From a bacterium (GTDB taxonomy: Bacteria; Patescibacteriota; Microgenomatia; Daviesbacterales; UBA10151), in contig JAJYNW010000023.1 of NCBI GenBank assembly GCA_021786105.1, forward strand, positions 1 to 13,428: a stretch of 13,428 nucleotides of DNA, written 5' to 3'. The stretch's first letter is position 1. Every line of letters starts with the position of its first letter. Positions 5,664 to 13,428 of this stretch are shown piece by piece. The notes below the pieces were generated by a model. That model saw only the letters and a program-made list of their open reading frames with translations, had not been told where the DNA came from and searched no databases. Position numbers and translations under genes: made by a program.

Positions 5664-7074
5664 TCAGCCAGCTGCAGGTTTCTTTCTGAGATTCCTTGCC
5701 TATTTTAACGAGAAGTTAATATTTCTTCTTTTAGCTTCTTTATATTTATGGAATGTATCAAAAAATAGTACGTTGAACAGTGTTTATCAAGGTATAGTAA
5801 TTTTACTGGTAATTATAGTTTTTTACTTCCTACTTGGTATGGTGTATACCGTCCTGTTTACTCATTATTTTGGAGGTGATATAGGGAAATTACTTGGCGG
5901 TTTAAGAGTTAGAGATCAATCCGGTAATAAATTAACTTTTAATAAAATCCTTTTCAGGCAACTACTATCTTATAAATTTTCCTGGTTAGTATTTGGGTTA
6001 GGATTCCTGTCAATTCTGAAAGACCCTAATAAACAAGCATGGCATGATAAAACAGTTGATTCTAATGTTTTTAGAGTACAACCACTCCTACCACTAGCCT
6101 TATTAGTCTTCCTTTTGACTCTTGGTGGCAGTGGATATTTTTTAAAATCAAGTTTCGATAACTTTCTTAACAGTCCTGTCAAACAAGAAGTATTAGGGTT
6201 AGTTGCAGCTTTTCAAGAACAAAGTAAAAATAATCAAAAAACCAGTGACCAAAAGATTTCAAAGCAAATTCAAGATCAACAACTTCAGGTTTACGACTTA
6301 ATGAAAGCTAACAAAATAGATGAGGCTCTCAAAGAAGCTCAGCTAATGTTAATAAATTCTAAAACTACAAGCGAAAAATCTATATCTACCCAAGTGATAG
6401 GAGAGGTTTATGCTTCTAAATTGGATCATCCAACTGCAAAAACATACTTTACTGATGCTTTGAAGCTAGACCAAAACTTACCAGGGGCATATATTGGGTT
6501 AGCTGCTGCAAATATTCGAGAGAAAGACTTCCAACAAGCTATAGCTAACGCCCAAAAGGCAATAGACCTTGCACCAAGCAGAAGTGATTATTACTATTTG
6601 CTTGGTTTAGCTTATTATGGAGCAAAAGATAAAGATAAAGCCATTCAAAATATTGAAAAAGCAATTCAGGGAAACCCTAATGTTGAGGAATATAAAAAGA
6701 CTTTAGAGGATATTAAAAATTCAACATCTCAAACCACTACCAATCAGACTCAAACTAAAACAACTGCTCCAGCTCAACCTACTGGTCCAGGATATACACA
6801 AGCTGATATTAAATCATGGCAGGATGAACTTTCGTATATTAACCAAGATTTGAGCAATATCCCAAAGTTTTTAGGCAATTCATCTTATGACCAAGGCAAG
6901 TTAAACCAAATGTCTACTCTGTTGGATCAGAGAAAAGCTATAGCCAATCAAATCTATACCAAAATGGTTAATAACCAAACTTTAACGACTCAAGACGAGC
7001 AAGCAATGAATACTTATGACCAACTTACATCTCAATATGCTTCTCTTGCTAATCAAGTCTTTCCACGCCAATAA
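5653..7074 (+). CDS. RDD-family membrane domain fused to TPR repeats and a C-terminal helical domain
   Basis: RDD motifs (AGFFLRFLAY..E; GKLLGGLRVRD; KQAWHDK..D..V), a TM helix, about 3 TPRs (AYIGLA..A..AIDLAP; YYYLLGLAYY..KAI..NP) and a T/Q-rich linker; overlaps the upstream gene by 11 nt. Confidence 0.8.
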   Translation: MTNNQPAAGFFLRFLAYFNEKLIFLLLASLYLWNVSKNSTLNSVYQGIVILLVIIVFYFLLGMVYTVLFTHYFGGDIGKLLGGLRVRDQSGNKLTFNKILFRQLLSYKFSWLVFGLGFLSILKDPNKQAWHDKTVDSNVFRVQPLLPLALLVFLLTLGGSGYFLKSSFDNFLNSPVKQEVLGLVAAFQEQSKNNQKTSDQKISKQIQDQQLQVYDLMKANKIDEALKEAQLMLINSKTTSEKSISTQVIGEVYASKLDHPTAKTYFTDALKLDQNLPGAYIGLAAANIREKDFQQAIANAQKAIDLAPSRSDYYYLLGLAYYGAKDKDKAIQNIEKAIQGNPNVEEYKKTLEDIKNSTSQTTTNQTQTKTTAPAQPTGPGYTQADIKSWQDELSYINQDLSNIPKFLGNSSYDQGKLNQMSTLLDQRKAIANQIYTKMVNNQTLTTQDEQAMNTYDQLTSQYASLANQVFPRQ

Positions 7075-7250
7075 AATAATCACTTGTAAACAGCCAACAA
7101 TTATAAACTCGCAAACGAATTTACTGCCAAATGACCTTTCAAGAGGCTTAATTGAAAAGCTAGTAATTTAGCCTCCTCAGAGTTATCGTTAAAGAGGTTT
7201 TGGAGTCCGACTCTAATACCGACTCCCGCTCCAATATTCCCCTTTTTTAT

Positions 7251-8054
7251 TCAAATTTTTAGCACCTCAGGAGCATTCACAACTCTTTCCGGAATGGTGG
7301 TATTTAGCTCCAAATGATAAACCCCGGAAGGGATCAACCCACAGCCGCCATATTTTTTCATCACCCGAAGTTGTGCCAATACATCTTCTCCTGAGTGTCT
7401 TTTTGGCAAATCCTGCCAAAAATCGAAGCCACCGACCGATTTAAGTTTTTGGGTATCAAAAAGAGTACAGCCACCCACCCAAGCTATTTTGTATTTTTTC
7501 TGATTGGGCCATCTTATTTTCAACTTCTCTTCTAAATGATAAATATTGGCAGCATTATGCAGAACAAACCGCTGCCATTTTTTCCCTCCGGGAGCAATTT
7601 TCTCCGGCTCAACTTTCCCTTCCCAAAATTCCATCCTTTGCTGTGAGGGCCTCGCATCCTCCTTATAACTTAAACCAATCACCGCCCTGCCTACAAACCC
7701 GCAATTTTCTTCTTCAATCGCCGAAACCATCCCTTCTAAAACAAACGACTCTAAAATCAAATCGTCATCCAAAAATAACGTATATTTTGTTTTAGATTTT
7801 TCAAAAAGGCACGCCCTTTGATGAGCCATTCCTAAACAAGGCGAGTTTTTAAAAATTTTAAGATCGATAAATTTAGTGGCAAAAATCCTCTTGAGGGCTT
7901 GAATTTCCCCCTCTTTTTTTAAATCAAACTTTTCTGATTGATCAGAAACATAAATATTAAAATCTTTATATGTTTGATAAAGCAAACTGGTTAAAACTGC
8001 GGTTAATGCCGTTAACCTGTTATAGGTGGGAATTAAAACAGTAACTTTTTTCAA
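7251..8054 (-). CDS. glycosyltransferase family 2
   Basis: VTVLIPTYNR, FLDDD and GED motifs. TTG at 8054 overlaps the upstream TGA and has GGAGG 7 nt upstream, so it is preferred to the start at 8084. Confidence 0.88.
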   Translation of the reverse strand: MKKVTVLIPTYNRLTALTAVLTSLLYQTYKDFNIYVSDQSEKFDLKKEGEIQALKRIFATKFIDLKIFKNSPCLGMAHQRACLFEKSKTKYTLFLDDDLILESFVLEGMVSAIEEENCGFVGRAVIGLSYKEDARPSQQRMEFWEGKVEPEKIAPGGKKWQRFVLHNAANIYHLEEKLKIRWPNQKKYKIAWVGGCTLFDTQKLKSVGGFDFWQDLPKRHSGEDVLAQLRVMKKYGGCGLIPSGVYHLELNTTIPERVVNAPEVLKI

Positions 8055-9115
8055 ATGGAATCCTCCGCCAGCATTCTTTTGCAAGCCTTACAAATTTCCT
8101 CAGGTGTAGGAGCAGGAATACATTCTTTAGGAAAAGTATATTTTAAAATTTCATTTTTACTCTTTAGTTTTTGGGGATAATCAAAAAATAAAATCTCATT
8201 TTTCACCATCCAAGGAGTATGCTCAGGATTAGTTCTGGCGTATAGAACTACCACCGGCGTATTAACCGCAGCCGCAATATGGACCGGCCCGGTATTATTG
8301 GAAAGAAGCAACGGGCTGACTGATAAAAGTCCTATCAACTCTGAAAGATCGAGCTGGCCAACTAAAGAAAAAGCCGACGGATTTTGTTGCAAAATTATAT
8401 CCGCCAATTTACCCTCCTGTTCTATTCCGGTTATCACCACCTGTATTCCCAACCTGTTAGTAATCAGTTTTGTGCTCTTGGCAAAAAGTTCAACCGGAAA
8501 CCTTCTCTTTGGCTCGCTTGACCCGGGATGAACTATCATCCAAGGCTTGTAAAGATCAGCTCCGGCTTCTTCCAATTTTTTTATCGCCCGGTAAACACCA
8601 ATTTTCGGCACTTTCAGTGAAAGGTTAGGGTTTTTTGTTTTTGCACCAATTGCCTCAACCAACTTCAGCTGCCGTTTTACTCCATGGGTTACCCCGGAAA
8701 ATGGCTCCGGGTCCGGGTACCAGTCCGTCAAAAGCTTATGCGGGTTTTCCCGGCAATATGACAGCCTTCTGGGAATCCCGGTCAAATAGGCAATCATCGC
8801 GGCGGGCAACGGGTTTTGGCTGAAATTGGTAAAAATAATACTTAAATCAAATTGCCTTTTTTTAATCTTGGGGAGAAGATTTAGTAAATCCAAGTTGCTA
8901 CTTTCTTTTTCTGACTTAATCCAAGGCGCGGTAAAAACCAATGTTTGGTCAACCTCGGGGATAAACCGAGCGATAGAAGCACCCATTTCCGAAGTTAACA
9001 GAGTTAACTTAACACCGGAAAAACTTTCCTTAAGAGCCCGCAATGCTGGACTGGTCATCAAAACATCCCCTAAATTATCAAGTCTTATACAAAGAATATT
9101 CTTAATGTCATACAT
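8051..9115 (-). CDS. glycosyltransferase family 9 (heptosyltransferase-like)
   Basis: ILCIRLDNLGDVLMTSPALRALK, VHPGSS..KRRFP, SNNTGPVHIAAAV. ATG at 9115 overlaps the hldE stop. Confidence 0.9.
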   Translation of the reverse strand: MYDIKNILCIRLDNLGDVLMTSPALRALKESFSGVKLTLLTSEMGASIARFIPEVDQTLVFTAPWIKSEKESSNLDLLNLLPKIKKRQFDLSIIFTNFSQNPLPAAMIAYLTGIPRRLSYCRENPHKLLTDWYPDPEPFSGVTHGVKRQLKLVEAIGAKTKNPNLSLKVPKIGVYRAIKKLEEAGADLYKPWMIVHPGSSEPKRRFPVELFAKSTKLITNRLGIQVVITGIEQEGKLADIILQQNPSAFSLVGQLDLSELIGLLSVSPLLLSNNTGPVHIAAAVNTPVVVLYARTNPEHTPWMVKNEILFFDYPQKLKSKNEILKYTFPKECIPAPTPEEICKACKRMLAEDSI

Positions 9116-10607
9116 AGGTTTGGGTATAAGGGGTAGGCGGCTTAGGATTATCCCTACTTTTAACCTTCTTGATAATCTTGGTGGTAGAACGGTCATAAAC
9201 AATCGGGATAATCTTCACCATGCCTCCATAACCTTCCACCACCGGAGTTTCCGGCAGACTCTCCCGGCTGTAATCCCCGCCTTTGACATAAATATCGGGT
9301 TTAATAAGCTTAATCAAATCAATAGGAGTATCTTGGGCAAAAGATACCACCAAATCAACGCTAACCAAGGCTGATAACACTGCCATGCGGTCAGAAAGCG
9401 CATTAACCGGCCGATCTGACCCCTTCAGCCGCCTCACACTCCCATCAGAGTTAACACCTACAATCAAAACATCTCCCAATCTTTTGGCCTCGGATAAGTA
9501 AGCAGTATGCCCGACATGCAGAATGTCAAAACAACCATTGGTAAAAACAATCTTTTTATTCTGCTCCCTTACCCCGCTGATGAATTTTTTTAGGTCAGAT
9601 AAATTAGCAGCTGTATTTTGATCAAAAGACAGAGATTGCCTCAGTTGTGCCAGAAAACAAGGAGTTGTTCCAGGCTGCTCTAATACCAAAGAGGTAGCCT
9701 GAGAACAAATCCGGGCAGCCTGGGCAGTGGTGGCACCCGCTGATAAGGATAATGCTAAAGCAGCAGTGAAAGTATCCCCAGCCCCGGAAGCGTTCTTGTG
9801 ATCACGAAGCCGGGAACGAGTCCTTATCGAAAGTCCTCCTCGGCCAAAAAACATGGCCCCATCCACATCCAGCGTCACGGCCGCACTCTCTGCGCCGGTA
9901 ATTGTTAGCAACTGATCCTTTTTTGACCAAATTTGCCTAATCCTGTTTTCTCCTATTTCCTTTTTTTGCATTCCTAACAACTCTATTGTCTCCTGGTAAT
10001 TCGGCTTTACGGCCGTGGCTTTGACTTTGGCAAACTGTTTAAGACAACCGGAGTCTGCTATTAATACTCGCGGATTTTTCTGCTGCAGTTTAGCCAACTC
10101 CTTGATAATTCTTTTTGTCATCACCCCTTTGTTGTAATCTGAAACAATCACGGCATCAAACTGAGTGTATATTTGCGCCAGTTTTTTTATGAATTTTTTT
10201 TGGGTCTTTTTTTCCAGTCCATCCCGGCTGCCGGAATCAATTCTGACTACCATCTGAAAGTCCGAATTTACTCTCTGTTTAACTAAGGTCGTCCGCCTTC
10301 CATCCTTTAAAACCCATTCAGTATTAACCTTAAAAGACTTTAATTTTTCTAATAAGGCTTTCCCCTCCTGATCACTGCCGATAACTGTCAGAAGATAAAC
10401 TTCTGCCCCCATCGTGGCTACATTTACTGCCGTATTTGCTGCTCCGCCCGGAGTTTGGGTAACCTGCCGGCAGTCAACTACCGGCACCGGCGCCTCCCGG
10501 CAGACTCGGGATGATTCGCCTTTTAAAAACACATCTAAAATTGCATCACCAATTACCAGCACTTTTAATTTGGGAAATTTGTCTAAAAATTTTATGTAAT
10601 CACTCAT
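9108..10607 (-). CDS. hldE: bifunctional heptose-7-phosphate kinase / heptose-1-phosphate nucleotidyltransferase
   Basis: PfkB-type domain (VIGDAILD, EAPVPVV, PGGAANTA, SDYNKG, KPN, GAGDT) plus a nucleotidyltransferase domain (FTNGCFDILHVGH, GVNSD.SVRRLKG..RP, YVKGGDY, STT). ATG at 10607. Confidence 0.92.
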   Translation of the reverse strand: MSDYIKFLDKFPKLKVLVIGDAILDVFLKGESSRVCREAPVPVVDCRQVTQTPGGAANTAVNVATMGAEVYLLTVIGSDQEGKALLEKLKSFKVNTEWVLKDGRRTTLVKQRVNSDFQMVVRIDSGSRDGLEKKTQKKFIKKLAQIYTQFDAVIVSDYNKGVMTKRIIKELAKLQQKNPRVLIADSGCLKQFAKVKATAVKPNYQETIELLGMQKKEIGENRIRQIWSKKDQLLTITGAESAAVTLDVDGAMFFGRGGLSIRTRSRLRDHKNASGAGDTFTAALALSLSAGATTAQAARICSQATSLVLEQPGTTPCFLAQLRQSLSFDQNTAANLSDLKKFISGVREQNKKIVFTNGCFDILHVGHTAYLSEAKRLGDVLIVGVNSDGSVRRLKGSDRPVNALSDRMAVLSALVSVDLVVSFAQDTPIDLIKLIKPDIYVKGGDYSRESLPETPVVEGYGGMVKIIPIVYDRSTTKIIKKVKSRDNPKPPTPYTQTYV

Positions 10608-11160
10608 TTTTAATAATAAAATTTGCTGCATCTAAAAGATCACTGGCTTTATATTCAGGAGTCCTAAACTTTCCAGTCAGCCATTCTGTTTCATGACCGT
10701 TATCCACCAAAATACTGCGGCAGCCGGCCCGGTTGCCCGTTTCAATATCATTCAAAATATCCCCGACTACCCAGCAATTTTTTAAATCAAGGTTAAATTT
10801 TTCCCGGGCCTTTTTAAGCATTCCGGTCTTAGGTTTCCGACAGCTACAAACCTTGGCATATGTTTTTATTAACCCTTGGGGAAGATGCGGACAAAAATAA
10901 AAACCATCTATGTTAACCCCAGATGATTCCAATAACTTTTCTATTGTTTTAAAGGCTTTATTTAAAGCCGGAAGCATAAAATAGCCTCTGGCCAAACCGG
11001 ATTGGTTTGAGAAAATAAATATTTTAAAGCCGTTTTTTTGCATAATTTTTAGCCCTTCACAAGCCCCCGGTGTTAACCGAATCAATTTTGGATTAACATT
11101 GTAAGGAACGTTCTCAATCAAAGTGCCATCCTTGTCTAAAAAAACCGCTTTGTTTTTCAT
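10600..11160 (-). CDS. gmhB: D-glycero-D-manno-heptose 1,7-bisphosphate phosphatase (HAD IIIA)
   Basis: FLDKDGTL, SNQSGLARG, CPH..CSCRKP, VGD..ND motifs; adjacent to hldE. Confidence 0.88.
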   Translation of the reverse strand: MKNKAVFLDKDGTLIENVPYNVNPKLIRLTPGACEGLKIMQKNGFKIFIFSNQSGLARGYFMLPALNKAFKTIEKLLESSGVNIDGFYFCPHLPQGLIKTYAKVCSCRKPKTGMLKKAREKFNLDLKNCWVVGDILNDIETGNRAGCRSILVDNGHETEWLTGKFRTPEYKASDLLDAANFIIKNE

Positions 11161-11215
11161 ACCATGAGAATAATAGAGGGAAGTAAAAACAGCTCTTGAA
11201 TATTGTAAGAACTAA

Positions 11216-12280
11216 TTAAGAACTCAACAAATTCTCCGCCGCCTCAATCACTTCCTTCACCTCCACCTCTGCCACAAATGAGGTTTCGTGTTTGCAGTTG
11301 GTCTTTTTTTGATTAAAAGGAAAAGACGCGCGGTTTTCATTGCAAAAAGGACAATTTACCATCCAGGAACTCAAACAAACACTTTTTTCCCTAAAGGGCA
11401 AAGCAGCCATTATTAAATTACTGCACCAGTAAATCCCCACTGTTTTACGTCCTAAAGCATCAGCCAAATGCAGCAAGCCGGTATCATTAGAGATAACAAT
11501 TTCCGAAAGCGAAAGTAATCCGGCCAGGCCGTTGATGGAAAGCTTGTTATAAAAATTGTCAGCCGAATGTTCCATTTGATCTATTACTGTTCTTACTATA
11601 TCTTCTTCGTTTCCGCTACCGGTAACCACAATCCTAAACCCTAAGGAGGCAAAATAATCTCCCACCACTGCGAATCTTTCCACCGGCCACCTTCTTCTGA
11701 CATCCATCGCCCCGGGATGTAGAATTATCAACTTCTGATTATTTCCTCCTAAAGCTTCCTTAGTTTCACCAATATCTTCTATCGTAGCCTCGAGCCGGGG
11801 CATAATTTTGGCAGTTTTTACACCCGCCAGCGAAACTACTTCCAACCACCTCAAATATTCATTTTGGTAATATTGATAAGAAATGGTCCTATTTAACGGC
11901 AGCGCATCGGAAGTTTGTGTGCCAATAGTCAGCTTAGCCCCTAAATTAAGCAAAAAAGGATTGGAATGACGGCCACCACCGTGCATCTGAATGGCTAAAT
12001 CAAACTTTTCTTTCTGCATTTTGGCAAAAAACTTTTCCAGCTGATGGGAATCATTTATATAAAATTCCTTCATCCCAACTCCGGCAACCGGAGGAATTAC
12101 GATCACCCGGTTAACCGGGCTTTTTCTTTTTGACAAAAAGGTTTGATGCCAAACCTTGCCTAAATAAATTATTTCAGCTTTCGGAAAAGTCTCTTTCAAA
12201 GCAGACAAGGCAGGCAAGGCAAAAATAAAATCGCCTAAACCGCTCGCCCGCAAAATAGCTATTTTTTTAAATTTATCCAT
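11216..12280 (-). CDS. glycosyltransferase family 9 (heptosyltransferase-like)
   Basis: ILRASGLGDFIFALPAL, LHPGA..RRRWP, SNDTGLLHLADA; C-terminal CPFC..CKH. Confidence 0.9.
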   Translation of the reverse strand: MDKFKKIAILRASGLGDFIFALPALSALKETFPKAEIIYLGKVWHQTFLSKRKSPVNRVIVIPPVAGVGMKEFYINDSHQLEKFFAKMQKEKFDLAIQMHGGGRHSNPFLLNLGAKLTIGTQTSDALPLNRTISYQYYQNEYLRWLEVVSLAGVKTAKIMPRLEATIEDIGETKEALGGNNQKLIILHPGAMDVRRRWPVERFAVVGDYFASLGFRIVVTGSGNEEDIVRTVIDQMEHSADNFYNKLSINGLAGLLSLSEIVISNDTGLLHLADALGRKTVGIYWCSNLIMAALPFREKSVCLSSWMVNCPFCNENRASFPFNQKKTNCKHETSFVAEVEVKEVIEAAENLLSS

Positions 12281-12355
12281 TAAGCAGCTAAGGATAATAT
12301 CTTACTGACGGAGTATAAATTTTGATTAAAGTTTTGGTAATAGTTTGTTAAACTT

Positions 12356-13264
12356 CTAGGGGGTTTCTACCTCCACCTGGATATGTTTTACCTGCGGCAC
12401 TTCCCTTTTGATATCTTTCTTAATCCGGTCCATTATCCCTTCAATCTCCCTGGTGGTTAAATTACTTTTTAGATTCACCTCCGCGTTAACCAATAGTTTT
12501 TCCGAACCGATATGCAAAGTTTTCAAACCTAACACCGATTTAACCTCTGGTTGCAATAAAGTGGCCTTTCTGATTTTAATTTCAGTTTCCAAAGAGGCGC
12601 TTTGACCAATAATCAACTCTTTGATAGTTATCAGCAAAATCACCCCGAAAACCATCAACAGACCGCCGATGGCAATAGCCCCTAAGCCGTCAAACAGCAA
12701 GTCGCCGGTAATTTGATAAAACATCAAAGCCGCAAAACCAAAAATTGAGGCCAAAGTCCCCATTAAATCCAACACAAAGGTAGTTTTTGTCTCAATCAAA
12801 GAGGAACGGGTAAAAACTTTTCCAATCTGCCTCATATTTCTGCCTCTCAATAATCTCCTGGCGCTTAAAGATAAAGCATATCCATTAGTTAAGGTAGTCA
12901 CGCCCAGTACGATAAAGGCCAGATAGATATTATTAACAGTGAGCGGATTAAGTAGTCTTTGCCAGCCAAAATAGATTGACAAAGTCGAGGTGACGCCTAA
13001 AATCAACAAACTGGAAAGCATGGTCCAAAAATATATCTCCTGGCCATACCCAAAAGGGTGTTTCTTGTCTGAAGGCCTCCTGGACCTGATCAGACCAATC
13101 AATAAAAATCCTGAAGCTGCCAAATCTGCCAACCCTTCCAAAACCTGGGCCACCATTACTACGCTTCCGGAAAGCATCGCCACGGCAAAACTGGTCAACA
13201 CATCAAGCAAATCAACCAAAAAGGAGGTAATAACGACTTTAGTAACAGAGGGGGCAGTCTGCAT
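12356..13264 (-). CDS. cation diffusion facilitator family transporter
   Basis: SGS..MVAQ..EGLAD, HPFGYG.E.YFW, six TM segments and a cytoplasmic dimerisation domain ending HIQVE. Confidence 0.88.
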   Translation of the reverse strand: MQTAPSVTKVVITSFLVDLLDVLTSFAVAMLSGSVVMVAQVLEGLADLAASGFLLIGLIRSRRPSDKKHPFGYGQEIYFWTMLSSLLILGVTSTLSIYFGWQRLLNPLTVNNIYLAFIVLGVTTLTNGYALSLSARRLLRGRNMRQIGKVFTRSSLIETKTTFVLDLMGTLASIFGFAALMFYQITGDLLFDGLGAIAIGGLLMVFGVILLITIKELIIGQSASLETEIKIRKATLLQPEVKSVLGLKTLHIGSEKLLVNAEVNLKSNLTTREIEGIMDRIKKDIKREVPQVKHIQVEVETP

Positions 13265-13328
13265 ATTTGCTAGTATATGATACCAGAAATTTTAAATTAT
13301 GCCGCAATGTCCCCGTAAATATCCGACA

Positions 13329-13428
13329 CTAACTCCTCTCTAAGGGTGGTCTCATGCCTTTGTTAATATGTGGCCTGTGATAATGATATCTGTCTAAGAA
13401 CTGGTTAACAACTAGGGTAAGTTGAGGT
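13329..13428 (-). CDS. C-terminal fragment of a DDE integrase-core transposase (IS481/IS3-like), running off the window edge
   Basis: Frame reads PQLTLVVNQFLDRYHYHRPHINKGMRPPLERS*, resembling the YNxxRPHxxLGMxTP tail of rve integrases. The adjacent 13303-13329 resembles an IS481 terminal repeat. Confidence 0.5.
   Translation of the reverse strand, partial: PQLTLVVNQFLDRYHYHRPHINKGMRPPLERS

Noticed and set aside
7111-7226. tmRNA-tag-like GCA AAC GAA.. and nearby stems (GAGGCT/AGCCTC, GGAGTC/GACTCC)
   Set aside because: No tRNA-like domain or Ala-ending tag; the stems are short.
7101-7250. 49 open codons in frame after the GT2 TGA (readthrough or genetic code 25)
   Set aside because: The long genes have no internal TGA and several end in TGA with tight overlaps, so TGA is a stop; an open stretch of this length can arise by chance.
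4053-13280. Antisense or alternate-frame ORFs (4053-4520, 4302-4505, 5294-5551, 5970-6182, 8298-8531, 8635-8823, 8826-9374, 10414-10599, 10511-10696, 12408-12605, 12990-13280)
   Set aside because: Shadow ORFs of well-supported genes, with no motifs of their own.

Overview
Bacterial window using genetic code 11. It is most consistent with a Patescibacteria/CPR (Microgenomates-like) genome; this is an inference from the PaaX/Cas2-like regulator, the CPR-type pilin-like protein and the scarcity of Shine-Dalgarno motifs. The left part is RNA-rich. A consensus sigma70 promoter drives an unassigned, highly structured ~300-nt putative ncRNA, followed by tRNA-Thr(UGU). A second tRNA-Thr(GGU) is split after the anticodon by a very compact 170-nt group I intron that almost lacks P9. 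Between the two tRNAs lie three minus-strand genes: a DedA-like membrane protein, a two-domain PPDK-like dikinase and a PaaX-like regulator flanked on both sides by the same palindromic 22-bp repeat. Next come an IS200/IS605-type palindromic mini-element, a pilin-like gene, and a membrane protein paired with an RDD-TPR protein. The right half is a more GC-rich minus-strand cluster for heptose activation and transfer (GT9, gmhB, hldE, GT9, GT2), plus a CDF transporter and the tail of a probable IS481-like transposase at the window edge. All calls are by eye; no searches or folding programs were run.
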